This document shows positions 58,353-64,000 of a stretch of DNA of 64,000 bases, one piece after another. Made by a program: the position numbers and the translations under genes. The notes under the pieces were generated by a model. The model did not search any database. It was not told the DNA's origin and saw only the letters and a list, made by a program, of their open reading frames with translations. The DNA is from Antedon mediterranea. Its lineage: Eukaryota > Animalia > Echinodermata. Each line of letters starts with the position of its first letter. The first letter of the stretch is position 1. The stretch lies in NCBI RefSeq assembly GCF_964355755.1, contig NC_092676.1:2113788-2177787 (forward strand). Direction: 5' to 3'.

Positions 58353-61300
58353 AATTTCTCTGTTAATTGCTCGCGAATTTGAGAGTAACAAAACACACTG
58401 AATAAAACAACGAGCTCAAACATCTATTCATAATTTGTTTCACACTTTAATTCTGTTTTGGGCGCGTTAGGCCCCGTGTCTAAACTAGCCTATAGGCTAG
58501 GCCTACTACACAGTAGGTCGTTGTTAGCAGGCCTAATTAAATATTTTTATTTTTAGAAGTTAGTGTACCGTATATTTCGATGTATATAAAGTCGCACCTG
58601 TGTATAATAAGACGCACCCGACCCCTAACTGAGAGTAAAATATCGGTATTTTGTATATCGTCGATGTATAAGACGGCCGCGCCCAGCCTCAACAAGAAGG
58701 GAAGTCCCCCATTCCGTCAGTTCTTTCTAACTTGTTATGAATGAGTTTCGCACCCGCAACATCGAGTGCATGACCGCACGTGTGAGTCGGGCAGCAAAGT
58801 GGTTGACCTCGCGAATTATTACCAAATCAAAATTTGAATTGCCGCCATCTTCGAATCGCGATAAAGCAAGTAGTGCGGAATTACAAAATGCAGCAAAAAA
58901 AAATGTCAATAACATTTAAATAGCATATTCATACAATTAAATTTATATTAATAAAATTTAACTAAGGATTTTACGAAAGATAGGCTACTTAAGAAATACT
59001 GCCGAGATCGGTTCCCCCACACGGCGTAGGGTACCGCAGTGCTAAGGGGCCTAGGTAGGAAAAAATCTGATTTTACCTGTTAAACATGCTTGAACCAAGG
59101 CCATTTTGATATATATTATCCAGATTATATATCAAAACAAACTGATAAAAGGATTTGTTGATTTGCTTCTGATGAGAAAAGTGCCGGATTCATTTCGCTG
59201 ACGGCGAATGAATACACGAATTTTCGCCATTTTCTAGCACTAGCCTTGGGTACCCAGACAGCTGATAACGATTATATTCGATTGTCCAGACGTCTCTGCT
59301 ACTGGTGCTCAATACTACAGTATGTATAACTATGGACCTATAGGTCCATGGTATTACTGTACATATAGTACTGTATGTTTAGTTTTTGCTTTCTTTATGG
59401 CAAAATAAATATTTAATTTTTATTATTGCTTATTTTGCTTTAACTTTATCCAAGAAGAAGTAAATATTATTATATATATGCATATTACAGTCAAGTTGCA
59501 ACTGCCACGAATCCACTCCACTTTGGTTACTAACTAAATAATTAATAGTATAACATCATAACTAACAAACAAATTAACAAGTTAATAAATTAACCACCAT
59601 TAAATAACTTTATTTACAAAAAAGTATTTTACATACAGTATAACATAACATGTAATATCTTATTTACATCGAAGTAAAATATGCCTATCAAACTATCTTA
59701 TGTCAATATTTGAGTTAAATCATCGCGATAATAAACATTTTTATTTTTAAAGACATCTGTTACGTACATCAATTTACAAATATCAAAATAGGATTGTTTT
59801 TGCAGCACAAGATGAATCACAAGTCGGATAGTTTATTCTTAGAAACCTGAAAGAAAAAAAAAACACCAATAATGAGCTATTCATAGTTAAATAATTTTAA
59901 TGTCAACTTTAGTCATCCTAAATTTTGTCGCCATGATCACTACTATACACAATACTGTATATATAAATATCATATGTACGACCATCCAAATTACCTCATC
60001 CTACCTACAGTCCTTCCTAGCCTAGGCTACATTATTGTCATATATTTACAAACCTCCAACAGCCACAACGTATTTTCTTTTCTTTGGCAAAGAATTTCCC
60101 GTAATATATTCCTAAATTAATTAAATAAAAAGGTCTAGGCCTTTCTTTAAATATCCGACGATATATATTATATCCATAATCCAGTGGATATAGATTCAAC
60201 ATTTTAAACATAATAATAATATGGCTTCACATTGATTATAATAAGTCGGCGATATGCCACTAAAAACTAGCCTGCGGCCCTCTCTATCCGCCTACAAATA
60301 GCATTGGGTTTCCGTCAAATGGGCTAGGCCTAGCCTAGGCCTAGATAATACTACAAGTTGGGTACATTTTTTTACAACCAAATAATCTACAATTATATTG
60401 CAATATTTACCAAACTAGCACCAAATCCAAAATAAAAAAGCTACTAATAACATATTTTGGTATATTAACTGGTTTAAAAACGGATTGCACATAGTGATTT
60501 TGAAGGATTGAAATTACTCAACCACACGGCCTGTACTAAACATACGAATCCAAGATGGAGTCTGCTTAGAATATATCCCCAGCTTTGAACGGATATTGAA
60601 TCCGTCCCACAAGCTGAACCAAGCTTAAACTTTCAGAAAAGATAGATTAATAACCTAATAACCAACCACTAAGTTTTTATAAAGGTTCCGTGCTGATGAG
60701 AAAAGTGCCGGATTCCCTACGAAACCAAACAAATAAATCATGTAGCCTACCTCAACGAACACCTCCATCTGCACTTTTTTCTTCAATAAGCTCTGTCGTC
60801 CTTTCCTGGGCTATTTATACCAAAATTTTGTGGCGGGAATAATCTTCCATATTAGGAGTAACAATTTCCAAATATAGAAAGATATAATTTAACCCGGATG
60901 GTGGAAATTGCAGCAGATTTGTAAGGGTATTCCCATGCAAAATGCTTGCCGCGAAGTGAAAAGCGAACCGGAAGTCACTATAACTTGGCGATGCTCAGTG
61001 ACCTGCGCAGTTAAAAAACAGCGTTTTAACGGTTAAATGAGCACTTTGCTGCTCGACTGCGAGAGGCGCACGTTTTCACGGACAATCGTATTCGATTAGT
61101 ATCTATGTATCCGGGTATGTATCCTAGAAGTGTGTACGCTAGGTCTATGCTATAATCAACTGGAGAATATACTAGTCGAACACTGTGTACACAATGTGGT
61201 TGCCAAAAGGAGGGCTCGCTCGCGCTGGGGGTACGACGGTCGTGCGTATAACTATAATACTATTCCAATCGTAAACGTTTTCAAATGAAATTTTATCGGA

Positions 61301-64000
61301 GCGCCTAAAAACAGCTCCATAATAAACAAATCTTTTCATCATATTTAGTACAAAATCACGCTAAAATGCCTTGAAAACTAGCAGGTTGCTGTTACGCTAG
61401 TACACTGTAGCTAGGCTAGGCCTACTCTTTAGACTTTAGTAATACTAATAGGCCTAGGCCTTACCTTAAAAAGCCCAGGCCTAGCCAACGAGGTGGCGAT
61501 ATCTGTGTGTTGAGGCATTTATGTTCGGTGTATAAGACGCACCCTTAATTTAGAGGTTAAATTTGCGTGTCAAAAGTGCGATTATACACCGAAATATACG
61601 CTACGTTATTATTTTTATTGTTTCATTCTCGCACACTCGATTTTTACACCTTTTCGGCCAAAAAAAATCATTAAAAAAACTTTTTTTTTTAAAGCGCCCT
61701 CAACGTAAAAAAAAAACTTTTTCTTATTTCCGCCCCAAATTTTTGGCGAAATTAGGGGCGGCGGATGACAGCAAACAAACTATTTTTTTTTTTTGGCCTA
61801 ATTAATACATACTATTAATACTATAATTTATAACCCTTTATTGACAATATGCATAGAAAATGTAATTGGAAGTATTATTTTCCCATACATTTATAATGAA
61901 ACTTGTATGCATGACAAAAGAGGACTGGATAAAAAATTACCCGCATGAGAAGCTCCAATTAAAATTTGTAAAGATTTAATTAATTAGCGGAAGTATTGTA
62001 CTTCATGTCATGTTTTATTAGTTCTTATTATTGGTTTCATTAAATTGCAATAAGTCCACTTCCCGGGGGAGCTACTCCTATCATAGCGTGCCAATACCAC
62101 ACTCCCCAGGGGAGTGTTGCTATCATTCTCACTAATTGACTATCTTCCCAGGTACCCATTTACCTACTCAACTCATAAGTTCACAGATATTATTTTGATT
62201 TGCCAAAGGTCGCAAGTGTTTGAAATTGAAACTGTTGACCTCCTCTTGAGCTTTTGATGTTTTTCTGTTGTTACATTTGACTACACTCAGTGGTGTAACG
62301 GCTATGAGTGCTCACTGGCTAAACCTAGGGGCCTCAAATTCACTCAGTGGTATAACGGCTATGAGCGCTCACTGGCTAAACCCAGGAGCCTCAAATTCAC
62401 TCAGTGCCGTAACGGCTATGAGCGCTCACTGGCTAAACCCAGGAGCCTCGAATTCACTCAGTGGTGGAACGGCTATGAGCACCCAGGGGCCCATAGTATG
62501 AGCAGTTCCAATGTGCTTTTAGGTGTACAAAATCAGGGGCCTTTTGTCCCCTGCGTTACGCAACTGACTATATATTCTTCAATTTATTATTAATTAACTC
62601 ATTAGTGAGTGGTTACTTTTTTGATGATTTTACCAGTGAAATGAATGTCTCAACGGTCAAAAAAGTTCAATAATATTGTTGTTTATTATTAAAATTTAAA
62701 ATCATTATAACAGAAAATTATTGTTTTATTACTTGATGATATGACTACTATTAGTACTGTTGTACGTTGTTATTATTATATTTCTTAAAATTATTCATAA
62801 AAATATAAATCATACTAAAATACAAAGAACTTAGGAGGTCAAAGTTTATAAGTTTGATAATTACAGTATATATGAAGTTTATCTTGAGCTAATTATACCA
62901 CATATAAATCTGCAATAATAACAGATTTAAACAATTAACCTTTTTCTGACAAAAAATGAGAGATTACACAAAAGGATGAAGAGTATGTGATACGTAAAGG
63001 TAAAATATATTTTTTTTATATTTAATGAGAAATTGCTGATTTTAAGATAATCTATTCAAACATTTATTTTATCCTACAACAGGAACGGGAGAAGATTACA
63101 TTTCAGGACACAAAAACAAATTAAAAGTACAAGATACTAAACATAAAAAAAAGACACCAGAAATAAATCACATTAAATATAAAGGGGGGAGGGGGAGAAA
63201 CAGAAAAGAGGTTCAACGTCAAGAATACCTGTTTGTCATCTGGTGTCCATGTTCCACAGGTCAATCTACCATCTAATTGTAACATAGATGACCAGTACCG
63301 TTGACCAGCCACTGAGCCTACCAATACAAATCCATCTTTATAACAAATCAACGCCGTTCTTCCATCATGGCTCCATGCAAAGTCACTCACCTAAAAATAA
63401 CGTATTTACATAGGAACTTAAGCTTTGAATTGGCTACCAAATATATGAAGCTCTGTCTACACTATCAAACTAGTGATATAACTTCATCATGTCCATATAT
63501 GGGCACATCACATTTAGTTTGATAGTGTAGACAGAGCTTTAGGAATAGTAATCAAGCTATATTTTACCTGACATGCACGATCATTGACCAGTTCTATTGA
63601 CCATCGTCCTTCATATTTAATCCAAACAAAAATGATTCCATCAACATCGCATGTTGCTAATTTTTGGAAAGGTTCATTCCAACGTACTAATACTACCTGA
63701 AAAACGAAATGTACAAACATGATTGCGAGTTTTCAATAACTGTGAATAATGGGAAATGGTGTTTTTTTATTGGAATTTCAATAACTACCATCTAAAGCTC
63801 TGTCTACACTATCAAACTAGCTTGATGTGCCCAAATATGTCTATGGACACATCAAATTTTGTCACATAAAGTTTGACAGTGTAGACAAGGCCTTAAATTA
63901 TAATAAAATAGCATTGGACAGTACCTCACTATTGTGACCTCTTAAATTAAAATTTGTTCTAGTTGGAGAGTTGGTAGTTTTCTTGCAGTGACTTGTGGTA
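50675..64000 (-). CDS. TULP4: Tubby-related protein 4 (WD40 + SOCS box + tubby C-terminus), 5' end beyond window
   Basis: [124 protein letters not shown]. Confidence 0.96.
52991..53257. repeat. 92-bp triplication covering a TULP4 exon end and splice donor
   Basis: CTAACCTG starts at 52991, 53083 and 53175. Confidence 0.9.
55425..55535. mobile_element. Small palindromic TTAA-flanked MITE
   Basis: TTAA|GGATATCGCTGCACG...CGTGCGGCGATATCC|TTAA. Confidence 0.75.
55540..57982. mobile_element. Kolobok-like non-autonomous DNA transposon (2.4 kb)
   Basis: TTAA|AGATGTATTGTCCCCC ... GGGGGACAATACATCT|TTAA; short family members at about 266-592, 27206-27435, 42025-42320. Confidence 0.8.
58241..61800. 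mobile_element. Non-autonomous DNA transposon hosting a nested element
   Basis: AGGCCTAAAAAAAAAATTGTTTGTTTGCTGTCA at left and TGACAGCAAACAAACTATTTTTTTTTTTGGCCT at right. Confidence 0.75.
58568..61601. mobile_element. pogo/Tc2-like non-autonomous element (about 3 kb), nested
   Basis: TA|CCGTATATTTCG ... CGAAATATACGC|TA; subterminal TATAAGACGCACC repeats at both ends; no transposase ORF seen. Confidence 0.72.
62284..62492. repeat. 57-bp tandem repeat resembling an amplified hAT-MITE end
   Basis: CACTCAGTGGTATAACGGCTATGAGCGCTCACTGGCTAAACCCAGGAGCCTCAAATT, about 3.5 copies. Confidence 0.85.

Noticed and set aside
60693-60730. Hammerhead-like CTGATGAG...CGAAAC (CTGATGAG also at 59169)
   Set aside because: Stem II cannot form in the 60693 copy, the 59169 copy lacks GAAA after the stem, and no stems I/III were found

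Overview
AT-rich, intron-containing animal genomic DNA. The gene structures and repeat content suggest a marine invertebrate deuterostome, possibly an echinoderm, but the taxon cannot be fixed from sequence alone. Seven spliced housekeeping genes are recognisable: ATE1 (-, last exons not found in the window), TIMM13 (+), PEX5 (+), RPF2 (-), CTPS (-), EED (-) and TULP4 (-, 5' end beyond the window). Introns carry many non-autonomous DNA transposons, several nested, with intact TIRs and TSDs (MULE/foldback-, Kolobok-, Merlin-, Tc1/pogo-, Harbinger- and hAT-like), plus tRNA-derived SINEs and minisatellites. Main points of interest: (1) a pair of 129-bp paralogous, probably mutually exclusive ATE1 exons equivalent to mammalian 7A/7B, separated by a minisatellite; (2) a U12-type intron in EED and a GC-AG intron in PEX5; (3) a 3.2-kb foldback element with regularly spaced NF-kB-like sites next to the ATE1/TIMM13 bidirectional promoter; (4) 20-25 bp palindromes with 7-bp TSDs resembling P-element excision footprints; (5) a triplicated splice donor in TULP4; (6) a possible small spliced unit nested in an ATE1 intron. 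Exon coordinates were read by eye and may be off by a few bases. Transposon superfamily calls rest only on termini and TSDs.
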